Shown here: one piece after another, positions 10,986 to 21,495 of the stretch
Layout: each line of letters begins with the position of its first letter
Position numbering within the stretch: position 1 is the first letter of the stretch
Source of the DNA: Gemmatimonadota bacterium
GTDB taxonomy: Bacteria; Gemmatimonadota; Gemmatimonadetes; Gemmatimonadales; GWC2-71-9
Length of the DNA stretch: 53,344 nucleotides
Reading direction: 5' to 3'
NCBI GenBank assembly: GCA_003251175.1
Contig: QKHC01000039.1
Location: 1 to 53,344 of the forward strand
Position numbers and translations under genes: made by a program
The notes under the pieces: generated by a model
The model's input: the letters and a program-made list of their open reading frames with translations, nothing else
Databases searched by the model: none
What the model was told of the DNA's origin: nothing

Positions 10986-11021
10986 ATATCCACATCTTCG
11001 GGCCGCCTCGAGTGTGGATAC
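10986..11021. promoter_or_regulatory. Pair of inverted DnaA-box-like 9-mers
   Basis: ATATCCACA (10986-10994) and TGTGGATAC (11013-11021), each one mismatch from TTATCCACA, in an AT-richer intergenic gap. Confidence 0.45.
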
Positions 11022-11129
11022 TGTAAGTACTTATTTCACAAGCTGATGTGGTCCGACGGCATGTGGGAATCTCGGACGTTTTTGTCGCAACTGTCTCTAT
11101 AGTGACTCGTTAATGTCTCGAAGCTGCCA

Positions 11130-11891
11130 GTGACTGATCTCCGTGAATTGACGGCCTATCTCGATGAGTACCTGCGCGTTGCAGAAGTGCACGACGCGCC
11201 CGAGGCGCTCAACGGCCTGCAGGTGACGTCGCAGCGCGGCAGCGTCACCCGAATTGCGGCTGCCGTCGACGCCTGCATGGCCACCATCCGGATGGCTGCC
11301 GAGGCCGGCGCCAACCTGCTGCTGGTGCATCACGGTCTCTTCTGGCGCGGGCTGAGCCCACTCACCGGCCAGCTGCACCGGCGAATCACCGGGCTCACGA
11401 GCAGCGACCTCGCGCTCTACTCGGCTCACCTGCCGCTCGACTGCCACCCGGAGGTGGGTAACAACCCCCTGCTGGCGAAGCGGCTGGGTGTCGCGGTGCA
11501 GGGTCCCTTCGGCCGCGCCGAAGGACAGGACATCGGCGTATGGGGAGAGCTCGACGCGAGCCGCGCGGAGCTGGTCGGGGCCGTGCAGCGATCGCTGGGC
11601 ATCGCGGCGGTTCGACTCTTGGGTTTTGGTCCCGAGCGCGTCCGCCGCGTCGGAATCGTGACCGGTGCCGGAGGCTCCATGATCGGCCAGGCGGCCGCGG
11701 CAGGGCTCGATACGCTCGTAACGGGTGAGGGCGCCCACTGGACCTACTTCGACGCTGAGGAGCTGGGGGTCAACGTCATCTACGCCGGCCATTATGCAAC
11801 CGAGACGCTCGGTGTTCAGGCGCTCGCGGCGCATCTCGCAGCCCGCTTCTCACTGTCGTGGGTGTTTCTCGATCACCCGACCGGACTCTAG
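11130..11891 (+). CDS. Nif3/YbgI-family dinuclear metal-centre protein
   Basis: NGLQV, LLVHHGLFW, SAHLPLDCHPEVGNN, GHYATE motifs. Confidence 0.92.
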   Translation: MTDLRELTAYLDEYLRVAEVHDAPEALNGLQVTSQRGSVTRIAAAVDACMATIRMAAEAGANLLLVHHGLFWRGLSPLTGQLHRRITGLTSSDLALYSAHLPLDCHPEVGNNPLLAKRLGVAVQGPFGRAEGQDIGVWGELDASRAELVGAVQRSLGIAAVRLLGFGPERVRRVGIVTGAGGSMIGQAAAAGLDTLVTGEGAHWTYFDAEELGVNVIYAGHYATETLGVQALAAHLAARFSLSWVFLDHPTGL

Positions 11892-11904
11892 CTCGTTGCC
11901 CGTC

Positions 11905-12891
11905 GTGAACCCGGCGCACCGGCGCCCGGGCGGGGGATTCCAGAACCCCTGGCTCGGACCGGTGCCGGGTCGTCTCGGCGACCTCCTCAGGTGGCTGCTG
12001 ATCGAGCGAGTCCGGCACCGGCGCGCGGCAGACCCCCCGGCTGCCGCGTTCCCGATCGTCGAGCCGACACTGATCCGACCGCGCGCGGCCGCCGACGCGG
12101 TGACCCTCACGTGGATCGGTCATGCGACTTTCCTCGTTCAGATTGGCAGCCGTAACGTGCTCACCGACCCGATGTGGGGGGAGCGCGCGTCGCCGCTGTC
12201 CTTCGTCGGGCCGCGACGTCGCGTGCCGCCAGCGCTGGCGCTGGCCGAGCTGCCACCCGTCGACCTGGTGCTCCAGTCGCACAATCACTACGACCACCTC
12301 GACGACGGCACCGTGCGTGCCCTGGCCGCCGGGCATCCAGCGGCGCAATGGTACGTGCCGCTCGGTGTCGGTTCCTTCGTGCGCGCCCGCGGGGTGCGTC
12401 ACATCTTCGAGCTCGACTGGGGGGATACCCGCACCACGGCCTCGCTCACGGTGACCTGTGCTCCGGCGCAGCACTTCAGCGGGCGCGGCGTCTCCGACCG
12501 CAACCGCACGCTGTGGTGCAGCTGGGCGCTGCACGCCGGGTCACGGGCAGTGTACTTCGGGGGCGACTCGGGCTATCACCCGCAGTTCGCAGCTCTGCGG
12601 TCGCGTCTCGGGCCGTTCGACGCCGTGTTGCTCCCCATCGGTGCCTACGCCCCCCGCTGGTTCATGGCTCCAGTGCACATGAATCCAGAAGAGGCCGTGC
12701 GGGCCTACCAGGAGCTGACCCGTGGTGGGACCGAGCCCGCACTGTTCGCGGGGATGCACTGGGGGACATTCCGTCTGACCGATGAGCCCCTCGACGAGCC
12801 GCCACGCCGCACGCGCGCGGCGTGGGCCGCTGCCGGCCTGGCGCCCGATCGCCTGTGGATCCCGCGACATGGTGAGACGCGTCGACTGTGA
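11905..12891 (+). CDS. MBL-fold metallohydrolase (NAPE-PLD/RomA-like)
   Basis: TWIGHATFL, LTDP, SHNHYDHLD, QHFSGR, GDSGY, PIGAY.PRWFM..HM.PEE and MHWGTF. Start is GTG 11905 or TTG 11896. Confidence 0.88.
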   Translation: MNPAHRRPGGGFQNPWLGPVPGRLGDLLRWLLIERVRHRRAADPPAAAFPIVEPTLIRPRAAADAVTLTWIGHATFLVQIGSRNVLTDPMWGERASPLSFVGPRRRVPPALALAELPPVDLVLQSHNHYDHLDDGTVRALAAGHPAAQWYVPLGVGSFVRARGVRHIFELDWGDTRTTASLTVTCAPAQHFSGRGVSDRNRTLWCSWALHAGSRAVYFGGDSGYHPQFAALRSRLGPFDAVLLPIGAYAPRWFMAPVHMNPEEAVRAYQELTRGGTEPALFAGMHWGTFRLTDEPLDEPPRRTRAAWAAAGLAPDRLWIPRHGETRRL

Positions 12892-14093
12892 AGCCGGGAC
12901 GCGTGCTGTTCTACCTCTCCGTTGCCGAGCTGCTGGCGATGGCTCCGTGGTTCAGCGCATCGGCGGTGGCGCCGGCGCTGTCGCAGCACTGGGCCCTGAG
13001 TGCCACTCAAACGGCCTGGCTGACGATCTCCGTGCAGCTGGGCTTCGTCGTCGGCGCACTGGTGTCGGCGACGCTCACGCTTCCTGATCGCTGGTCCGCC
13101 CGGCGACTGCTCGCAGGGGCCGCGTTCTGCGCCGCCGCGGCAACCGCCGCGGTTGCGGCCGCCCCCTCCGCCGGACTCGCAATCGCGCTCCGCGGCTTGA
13201 CGGGCGTCTGCCTCGCCGGTGTGTATCCCCCCGGCATGAAGATCCTGGCCGGCTGGTTCCGCGAGGGGCGCGGTCTGGCGATCGGCATCCTCGTGGGCGC
13301 GCTCACCCTCGGCTCCGCTGGCCCGCACCTCGTGCGGTGGGCCGTCCCGGAAGAATCGTGGCGCCTGGTGCTGGGGGTGGCAGCCGTGTCGGCAGCCGCC
13401 GGTGCGCTGCTGGCACTGCGGGTGCCCCACGACGGACCGTTCGCGGTCCCCGCGACCGCCTTCGACTGGGGAGCGGTTCCGCGGCTGCTCCGGAATCGAC
13501 CCACGATGCTCGCGAACGCGGGGTACCTGGGGCACATGTGGGAGCTGTACGCGATGTGGACCTGGATCCCGGCCTGGGTGGTCGCGAGTGAGGCCGCGCG
13601 AGGTGCGCCGCGCGGCGCTGCGGCGCGCGCGGCCCTGCTCACCTTCGGCGTGATCGGGATCGGCGCGCTCGGCTCGTGGCTCGCCGGCGCCGCCGCTGAT
13701 CGGTGGGGGCGCACCCTGGTGACGTCCGTAGCGCTTGCCGTTTCCGGCGGCTGCTGCGTCGTCTCCGGGTCGGTATTCGGGGCACCGTTGATCGCGCTGG
13801 CGCCGCTGCTGCTCGTGTGGGGGGCCGCGATCGTCGCGGACTCGGCCCAGTTCTCGACCGCGGTCAGCGAGCTCGCGCCCCGACATCTGGTTGGCACCGC
13901 GCTCACGCTGCAGACGAGCCTCGGTTTTCTGCTCACCGCCGCGAGCATCTACCTCTTGCCACTGCTCGCCTCGGCGCTGGGTTGGCGCTGGGTGATGGCG
14001 GCCCTGGCGACCGGACCGGCGATCGGCATCACGGCGATGCTCGCGCTGCGGCGGCGACCCGAAGCGCTGCAGCTCGCCGGCGGGCGTCGCTGA
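12888..14093 (+). CDS. MFS transporter
   Basis: About 12 hydrophobic segments, GVYPPGMK, GYLGHMWELYAMW, ADRWGR, ADSAQFS. GTGA overlap with the upstream gene. Confidence 0.88.
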   Translation: MKPGRVLFYLSVAELLAMAPWFSASAVAPALSQHWALSATQTAWLTISVQLGFVVGALVSATLTLPDRWSARRLLAGAAFCAAAATAAVAAAPSAGLAIALRGLTGVCLAGVYPPGMKILAGWFREGRGLAIGILVGALTLGSAGPHLVRWAVPEESWRLVLGVAAVSAAAGALLALRVPHDGPFAVPATAFDWGAVPRLLRNRPTMLANAGYLGHMWELYAMWTWIPAWVVASEAARGAPRGAAARAALLTFGVIGIGALGSWLAGAAADRWGRTLVTSVALAVSGGCCVVSGSVFGAPLIALAPLLLVWGAAIVADSAQFSTAVSELAPRHLVGTALTLQTSLGFLLTAASIYLLPLLASALGWRWVMAALATGPAIGITAMLALRRRPEALQLAGGRR

Positions 14094-14184
14094 CGGTGCC
14101 GGAGTCCCGCAGCCGGGCCGCAAAGCCTCGCGCGTGTCCGGGCTGGCCTGTACCTTGCTCGCAGCGACATCTCGCGGGGTTGTG

Positions 14185-15672
14185 ATGCGCGCGCACTTGC
14201 CTCGGATCCTCGCCGCAGCACTCGCGTTTGGCTGCACTCACCGTACGATGCCGGGACTCGACTCCGGATCGTCAGCGCCTGTGCGGGTGCCCCTGGAGCA
14301 CGCAGCGGCGATCACCGTGCCACAGTCGGACGCCGAGTGGCGGGCGGTCGCCGACGAAGCGACCGCCCTGCTGGCCGAGTATCTACGCATCAACACGACG
14401 AATCCCCCCGGCAATGAAGTCGTGGCCGCGCGATGGCTCGCCGAAATCCTGCGCCGCGAGGGTATCACAGCCGACATTCTCGAGTCGGGTCCCGGCAAGG
14501 CCAACCTGGTGGCCCGGCTCCCGAGCGACAGCTCGGCGCGGCCCGTGGTGCTGCTCAGCCATATGGATGTGGTGCTCGCGAGTCCCGAGCGCTGGACGGT
14601 GGATCCGTTCGGCGGCGTGGTGCGTGACGGTGCGGTGTGGGGTCGGGGAGCGCTCGACATGAAAGGGGAGGGGATCGCGCAGCTGATGACGGTGCTGTTG
14701 CTCCACCGGGCGGGCGTGCCATTGCGGCGCGACGTGATCCTTGTCGCCACGGCGGACGAGGAGATCCTCGGCGGAGCAGGGGCGAGCTGGATCGTCGAGC
14801 ACCATCCGGCGATCGTGCGCGATGCGGAGTTCGTCCTCAATGAGGGCGGCGAGATGTGGGAGGGCGCGGATGGGAAGGTCCGCGCGGTCGCGGTCGGAAC
14901 CACGGAAAAGACGCCGTTGTGGCTCACCGTGACCGCCCGCGGTCCAGCCGGGCACGGCTCGCGCCCGCTGCCCGGCAATGCCGTGCACCGCCTGATCACC
15001 GCCCTCGACCGCATCGTCCACTACACCACCCCGCTGACGGTGACCGCTACCGTCGCTGCGCACTTCCGCGACCGCGCACCCGCAGAGCCCGACAGTGTGC
15101 GCCGACGCTGGTACGCCGACATTGGTGCGGCGCTCGCCGACTCGGCCGCGGTGCGCGCCCTGACCGCCGATCCCGTGATCAATGCCATGCTGCGCAACAC
15201 GATCTCCGTGACCGGACTGCACGGCAGCGCGAAGACCAACGTCATTCCCCCGGAGGCAACCGCCACCATCGACGTCCGCCTGTTGCCCGGCGCCGACCCG
15301 GCCGCGTTTCTTCACGAACTGCGACAGCTGGTCGCCGATACGGCGGTCACGATCGAGCCCCAAGGCCACTTCTGGCCGGCTTCGGAAAGCGGGACCGAGA
15401 CCGAGCTCTATCGCGCCATCGTCGCAGCGACACACGCGCTCCACCCGGAAGCAGTGATCATGCCCTATATGCTCCAGGGGTTCACCGATTCCTACCTGTT
15501 CCGTGGACTGGGGATCGCGAGCTACGGCGTGCGGTCGTTTCCGGTGACTGTCGAAGAGGCGTCTGCGGTGCACGGTAACGACGAGCGTCTCCGTGTGGAG
15601 GCGTTGGTGCAGGGAGTCCGCTGGTACTTCGAGGTGGTGTCCCGGGTCGCGGCGCGTAGCCCATCACGGTGA
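14185..15672 (+). CDS. M20/M25/M40 family metallopeptidase, probable lipoprotein
   Basis: Lipobox LAFGC, SHMDVV, GRGALDMKG, ADEE, NEGG, GHGS, HGNDE. ATG 14185. Confidence 0.88.
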   Translation: MRAHLPRILAAALAFGCTHRTMPGLDSGSSAPVRVPLEHAAAITVPQSDAEWRAVADEATALLAEYLRINTTNPPGNEVVAARWLAEILRREGITADILESGPGKANLVARLPSDSSARPVVLLSHMDVVLASPERWTVDPFGGVVRDGAVWGRGALDMKGEGIAQLMTVLLLHRAGVPLRRDVILVATADEEILGGAGASWIVEHHPAIVRDAEFVLNEGGEMWEGADGKVRAVAVGTTEKTPLWLTVTARGPAGHGSRPLPGNAVHRLITALDRIVHYTTPLTVTATVAAHFRDRAPAEPDSVRRRWYADIGAALADSAAVRALTADPVINAMLRNTISVTGLHGSAKTNVIPPEATATIDVRLLPGADPAAFLHELRQLVADTAVTIEPQGHFWPASESGTETELYRAIVAATHALHPEAVIMPYMLQGFTDSYLFRGLGIASYGVRSFPVTVEEASAVHGNDERLRVEALVQGVRWYFEVVSRVAARSPSR

Positions 15673-15742
15673 TCATGTCCGCGGCGCAACGCAGCGGAAC
15701 TCGTGCGGCGACGCGGCAGAACCCGGGGGCTGGGGCGAGCGT

Positions 15743-17227
<1,485 letters not shown>

Positions 17228-17261
17228 TCGCGACGCGCGTATCGCCAAGCGGCCAGTAGAC

Positions 17262-17294
17262 CAGCCGACGGACGCCTGGGGCGCCCGTCGGCTG
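17262..17294. terminator. GC-rich hairpin between convergent genes (possible bidirectional terminator)
   Basis: CAGCCGACGG-A-CGCC/TGG/GGCG-C-CCGTCGGCTG: 14 of 15 pairs. No U-tract. Confidence 0.45.
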
Positions 17295-17314
17295 TGGCCG
17301 GGTCGGCGCGGGGC

Positions 17315-17995
17315 TCAGTTCCCTTCGCTGAGGATCTGCGGGAAGTTGGCGACCAGGGTCTTCTTGCCGTCCGCCGAGATGGGTTTCGCGCCGAGGTAGA
17401 CGTCGAACAAAGCCCAGCACAGGGCGGGGCTGTTCAGCTCCGGCTTCTGGTCGCCGGCGATGGCTGTGGCAAAGCGTCCCTCCGGGGTGCACGAGAACAC
17501 CAGATCGGTGCCCTTGGCGACCTCTGCGCCGAAGAACGCGCGGAACTGGTCGAGCGCCTGCTCCCCTCCGGGCATGCCTTGGCCAGCGGCCTGCTGCACG
17601 CGCGGGCGAAGTGCTCCGTCGAACGCCTCCGCCATCGTTTCCCCACCGACGTCGCGTGTCATCACGAGTCGCAGCGTCATGGGGAAACGGCGCTCGAGCA
17701 ACGCGGAGTAGAACGCGTCGTCGCGCTCGAGATCCTTGGCGGGCTTTCCGGCGTACGTCCCCAAGGCGCTTCGCGCGCCGGCCGGATCAACATAGAGGCC
17801 GAAGGCGTACACCTTCACCTTGAGGAAGGTGCGGGTCCGCACCCCGGTGCCCGTCAGGACGTGCGACTCGGTCCCGCCCGGCGGGACCAGTTGCGTCGGG
17901 AACTCCACGCCCGTATTCGGGTCGGTGTAGCTCTGTGCCGCGAGGGACAGGGTGGCCAGGGGGCCGAGCACCAGGCCGATGATCGCCGATCGCAT
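17315..17995 (-). CDS. Chalcone-isomerase-fold (CHI-like) exported protein
   Basis: Signal peptide, TGVEFP, L.GTGVRTRTFLKVKVYAFGLYV, LCWALFDVYLG..PIS. GGGAG Shine-Dalgarno. Confidence 0.8.
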   Translation of the reverse strand: MRSAIIGLVLGPLATLSLAAQSYTDPNTGVEFPTQLVPPGGTESHVLTGTGVRTRTFLKVKVYAFGLYVDPAGARSALGTYAGKPAKDLERDDAFYSALLERRFPMTLRLVMTRDVGGETMAEAFDGALRPRVQQAAGQGMPGGEQALDQFRAFFGAEVAKGTDLVFSCTPEGRFATAIAGDQKPELNSPALCWALFDVYLGAKPISADGKKTLVANFPQILSEGN

Positions 17996-18109
17996 GGGTC
18001 CTCCCAGAAGAACGGATGATGCGCAGCGGGAAAGCTATCGCGGGTGCCGCGCGCGGCCAGTCCCGGCCGGGAACGCCAGCCGAGGCGAGGCTCCATTCGG
18101 TTCACCCGA

Positions 18110-18391
18110 TCACGGCAGTGCGACGACGAGGCGGACCGTCACGCACTCGGCGGTCTGCGGGCTCACCGTACAGAAGCAGGTCTCCTTGATCAGGCGCTTG
18201 ACGCCCAGCACCTCCGCCTCCGCGATGCCCGGCACGTCGCGAAACGTGATTTCCAGGGTGTGTTCGTCCACCAGCCGATAGAGCACCGGTCGGCCGACGA
18301 GACGATGGTGTGGGTCGATGCGGGGCAGTCCGTCAGCGAGATGGCGGCGCACGGCATCGATCCGCTCAGGGAGGGTCGGCGACTCGGTCAC
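18110..18391 (-). CDS. Small hypothetical protein (93 aa) coupled to queG
   Basis: GTG 18391 in a GTGA overlap with the queG stop. Globular-looking sequence with a C-terminal CFC...C. Confidence 0.65.
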   Translation of the reverse strand: MTESPTLPERIDAVRRHLADGLPRIDPHHRLVGRPVLYRLVDEHTLEITFRDVPGIAEAEVLGVKRLIKETCFCTVSPQTAECVTVRLVVALP

Positions 18392-19326
18392 GGGCGTCGC
18401 CGGTTGTAGAGTACCGCCGCCGCATTCCGGCGCATGCCGGTCATGCCCGGTCGGGAGAATGCCGAGTCGTCGTAACACGCCGCGAAGGTCGCGGCGGACA
18501 TATCGAGCAGGTCGATTGGATCGGGAGCGGTCAGCTCGGGACGCGGCGCCAGCTCGGCGTCATCGGTGGGCAGCGCGAACCGCACGTTCCAGGGACACAC
18601 GTCCTGGCAGATATCGCAGCCGAACAGCCAGTCGGCGACCTGCGCGCGCTCCGGTTCCGCGAATTCCCCCCGCCGCTCGATCGTGAGGTAGGAAATGCAG
18701 CGGCGCGCGTCCAGCACCCGTTCGCCGACGAACGCCCCGGTAGGGCACGCATCGAGGCACGCACGGCAGGTGCCGCAGCGGTCGGCCTCGAACGGATCAT
18801 CGCAGACGAGGGCGGCGTCGGTCAGCACCGCGCCGAGGAAGGTGAACGAGCCACGCGCGGGGTCGATGAGCATGGTGTTCTTGCCGATCCAGCCCAACCC
18901 CGCCCGTTGGGCGAGCTCGCGCTCGGGGACCGGACCGGCGTCAACGTAGCACCGCGTCCGCGCCCCCGGGATGATTTCCCGGATGCTCTCCGCCAGTCGC
19001 TCGAGGCGCGGACGCAGGACGCGATGATAGTCACGGCTCCACGCGTACTGCGCCACGCGCGCCGTGCCTGGCACCGACGGTTGCGGATGCCGGTAGTTCG
19101 TGAGGGTCACCACGGCGACCCGGGCGCCCGGCAGGATCTCCGCGGGAGCGCGGCGGAGCGACGCCTGGCGTTGGAGGTAGTGCATCGTCCCGCCGTACCC
19201 GGCTGCGAGCCAGCGGTCCAGCGCATCGGCGTGGGGAATCGGGTCCAGCGACGCGACACCGACGGCATCAAAGCCGAGCTCCAGCGCCCGGCGCGTGACC
19301 GCGCTCGTCGCGGCGCGCGCCGTCAC
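18388..19326 (-). CDS. queG: Epoxyqueuosine reductase QueG
   Basis: YAWSRDYH, ERELAQRAGLGWIGKN, CGTCRACLDACPT, RCISYLTIE and FGCDICQDVCPWN (two 4Fe-4S motifs). GTG 19326 overlaps the upstream stop. Confidence 0.93.
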   Translation of the reverse strand: MTARAATSAVTRRALELGFDAVGVASLDPIPHADALDRWLAAGYGGTMHYLQRQASLRRAPAEILPGARVAVVTLTNYRHPQPSVPGTARVAQYAWSRDYHRVLRPRLERLAESIREIIPGARTRCYVDAGPVPERELAQRAGLGWIGKNTMLIDPARGSFTFLGAVLTDAALVCDDPFEADRCGTCRACLDACPTGAFVGERVLDARRCISYLTIERRGEFAEPERAQVADWLFGCDICQDVCPWNVRFALPTDDAELAPRPELTAPDPIDLLDMSAATFAACYDDSAFSRPGMTGMRRNAAAVLYNRRRP

Positions 19327-19589
19327 AATCCCATCGTCTCGCGTCGCCACCGCGCGACGCGCACCACGTCGTCCGCCGACGGGACGGCGTGCTCGTCGCC
19401 GTAGGCGGTGAACATCCGCCAGCGCAGGTACTCCGGCGGCGGTGTGGGCAGGAACGGTGGGCGTCGCCACCACCCGCGTGCCCGCATGCTCCACGCGAGA
19501 CGCAGCAGGTCCCACGCCAGCAGGGGATTCACGATGGCGCGCGGCAGCAGCGCGAGCATCAGGCGTGGCCAACTCGCGGGATGCGTCAT
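19323..19589 (-). CDS. Small hypothetical protein (88 aa), Trp/Pro/Arg-rich
   Basis: ATG 19589. WWRRPPFLP.PPPEYLRWRM.TAYG segment looks conserved. Stop overlaps the queG start. Confidence 0.7.
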   Translation of the reverse strand: MTHPASWPRLMLALLPRAIVNPLLAWDLLRLAWSMRARGWWRRPPFLPTPPPEYLRWRMFTAYGDEHAVPSADDVVRVARWRRETMGL

Positions 19590-19611
19590 GCATTCTGTAT
19601 ATTCTCGCTGC

Positions 19612-20793
19612 ATGACGCGTGCAAGCGGCCTGGTCGCGACGCCCCGGGCCGGCGCCCATCCGCTCGCCCGCTATCGGAGCGAGTTCCCGATCTTCCGGGA
19701 CCGGGTTTACCTCAATACCTGCTCGTTGGGAGCACTGGGGGACCGGACCCGTCGCCGGCTGATGGCGTTTGTGGACGAGTGGCAGACCCGTGGGGCGCCC
19801 GCCTGGTACGACGCGTGGTGGGACGCCCTCGCCGAGCTGCGGGACCGTTACCGCCGGCTGCTCGGGGCGCCGCCCGGCACGGTGGCGCTCGCGCCGTCGG
19901 TTTCCGCCGCCCTGGCCGCGGTGGCGGGCGCCCTCGATCTGACACAACGGCCGCGCGTGGTGGTCACCGCGCTCGACTTCCCGACGGTCGTCTACCAGTG
20001 GCTCAGCCGACAACGCCAGGGCGTCGAGCTCATCGTGGTACCGAGCCCTGACGGCGTGAGTGTGCCCGTCGAGGCGATCGCCGCCGCCGTCGACGAGCGC
20101 ACCGGTGTGGTGGCGACGTCACACGTCTATTATGCCACCGGGGCGATTCAGGATCTCACGAGCGTCGCTGCCACCGCGCACCGATGCGGGGCCCTCTGCG
20201 TGATCGACGCCTATCAGTCCGTCGGGCAGATTCCCCTCGATGTCCAGGCGGCCGGGGTCGATGTGCTGGTTGGAGGGGGGTTGAAGTGGCTCCTCGGCGG
20301 GCCGGGGATCGCCTTCGCCTATGTACGCGAAGGGCTGGTGCCCGATCTCATGCCGCTGGGAGCAGGGTGGTTCGGGCAGCGCGATCAATTCGCCTTCAAC
20401 CCGACCAGCCTGGTCTACCACGACGACGCCCGGCGCTTCGAGAGCGGGACGCCGGCTCTCGCGGCGGTCCATGCGCAGCTCGGGGGGCTCGAGTATCTGG
20501 AGGAGCTCACGGTGCCCCGGATACGTGCCGTCACAGCAGCGCTCACCGAAGCCCTGGTTGCACGGGCACGCGACGCCGGACTCACGCCCCACGTGGCCTC
20601 GGCGGCGGCGGCGCGCTCGGCGATCGTGCCGATCCCCGTCGCCGATCCCGCTGCCGCCGTGCGCCGCCTGGCGGCGGAGGGCATCGTAGTCGATGCCCGG
20701 CCCGGCCACGTGCGGGTTTCTCCATTCTTCTATAACGTCGCAGAGGACCATGAACGAGCGATCGATCGGTTGGCCGCGCGCGCAGCGCACTGA
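19612..20793 (+). CDS. Class-V PLP-dependent enzyme (kynureninase/cysteine-desulfurase-like fold)
   Basis: YLNTCSLG, DAYQSVG, GGLKWLLGGPG (PLP Lys), FESGTP, RVSPFFYN. No SufS-type RxGHHC catalytic loop. Confidence 0.85.
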   Translation: MTRASGLVATPRAGAHPLARYRSEFPIFRDRVYLNTCSLGALGDRTRRRLMAFVDEWQTRGAPAWYDAWWDALAELRDRYRRLLGAPPGTVALAPSVSAALAAVAGALDLTQRPRVVVTALDFPTVVYQWLSRQRQGVELIVVPSPDGVSVPVEAIAAAVDERTGVVATSHVYYATGAIQDLTSVAATAHRCGALCVIDAYQSVGQIPLDVQAAGVDVLVGGGLKWLLGGPGIAFAYVREGLVPDLMPLGAGWFGQRDQFAFNPTSLVYHDDARRFESGTPALAAVHAQLGGLEYLEELTVPRIRAVTAALTEALVARARDAGLTPHVASAAAARSAIVPIPVADPAAAVRRLAAEGIVVDARPGHVRVSPFFYNVAEDHERAIDRLAARAAH

Positions 20794-21490
20794 GGACGAG
20801 CGCCTCTTCGAGGCGCCCGCGCTGGAACGGGCGGCGTTCACGCACACCGACCCCTGGCGCGTGCTGCGCATCATGGGTGAGTTCGTCGAGGGCTTCGACA
20901 CGCTGTCGGACCTCGGTCCCGCCGTGGCGATCTTCGGCTCCGCCCGTACCCGCCCGGACGATCCGATGTATGAGAAGGCGATCGAAACCGCACGCCTTCT
21001 CGCCCGCGATGGATTCTCGGTGATCACGGGCGGCGGCCCCGGGATCATGGAGGCCGCCAATCGCGGGGCGCAGGAAGGAAACGGCCTTTCCGTCGGCTGC
21101 AACATCGAGCTGCCGTTCGAGCAGGGCACCAACGCGTACGTGGAGCGCGCGATCAACTTCCGCTATTTCTTCGTCCGCAAGACGATGTTCGTCAAGTACT
21201 CGCTTGCCTTCGTCGTGTTTCCCGGCGGGTTCGGAACGCTGGACGAGCTGTTCGAATCCCTCACCCTCATTCAGACCGGCAAGATCCGCAACTTCCCCGT
21301 CGTGCTGTTCGGTCGCCGTTACTGGTCCGGTCTCACTGAGTGGTTGCGAGATCGGGTCGTCGGTGAGGGGAAGATCGACGTGCGCGACCTCGACCTGTTT
21401 CACGTCACCGACCACGCGGCGGAGGCCGCGAGCCTGATCGGCCAGGCCCGCGAGCGTCGCAGCCGGGAGTCCGGAGCCTTCAACCCCTGA
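20750..21490 (+). CDS. LOG-family (TIGR00730-type) nucleoside monophosphate phosphoribohydrolase
   Basis: [42 protein letters not shown] Shine-Dalgarno before ATG 20750. Confidence 0.9.
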   Translation: MNERSIGWPRAQRTEDERLFEAPALERAAFTHTDPWRVLRIMGEFVEGFDTLSDLGPAVAIFGSARTRPDDPMYEKAIETARLLARDGFSVITGGGPGIMEAANRGAQEGNGLSVGCNIELPFEQGTNAYVERAINFRYFFVRKTMFVKYSLAFVVFPGGFGTLDELFESLTLIQTGKIRNFPVVLFGRRYWSGLTEWLRDRVVGEGKIDVRDLDLFHVTDHAAEAASLIGQARERRSRESGAFNP

Positions 21491-21495
21491 GACCG

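Noticed and set aside
10964-11129. Calling this gap oriC
   Set aside because: Only two good DnaA-like boxes, no clear unwinding element and no dnaA or dnaN nearby. Kept only as a weak finding.
19612-20793. Second cysteine desulfurase or a definite kynureninase
   Set aside because: No catalytic Cys loop is visible and no kynA or kynB is nearby. The substrate cannot be assigned.
20750-21490. Lysine decarboxylase or cytokinin-production call for the LOG gene
   Set aside because: The lysine decarboxylase label is a known misannotation of LOG proteins (no PLP motif), and nothing here supports cytokinin synthesis.
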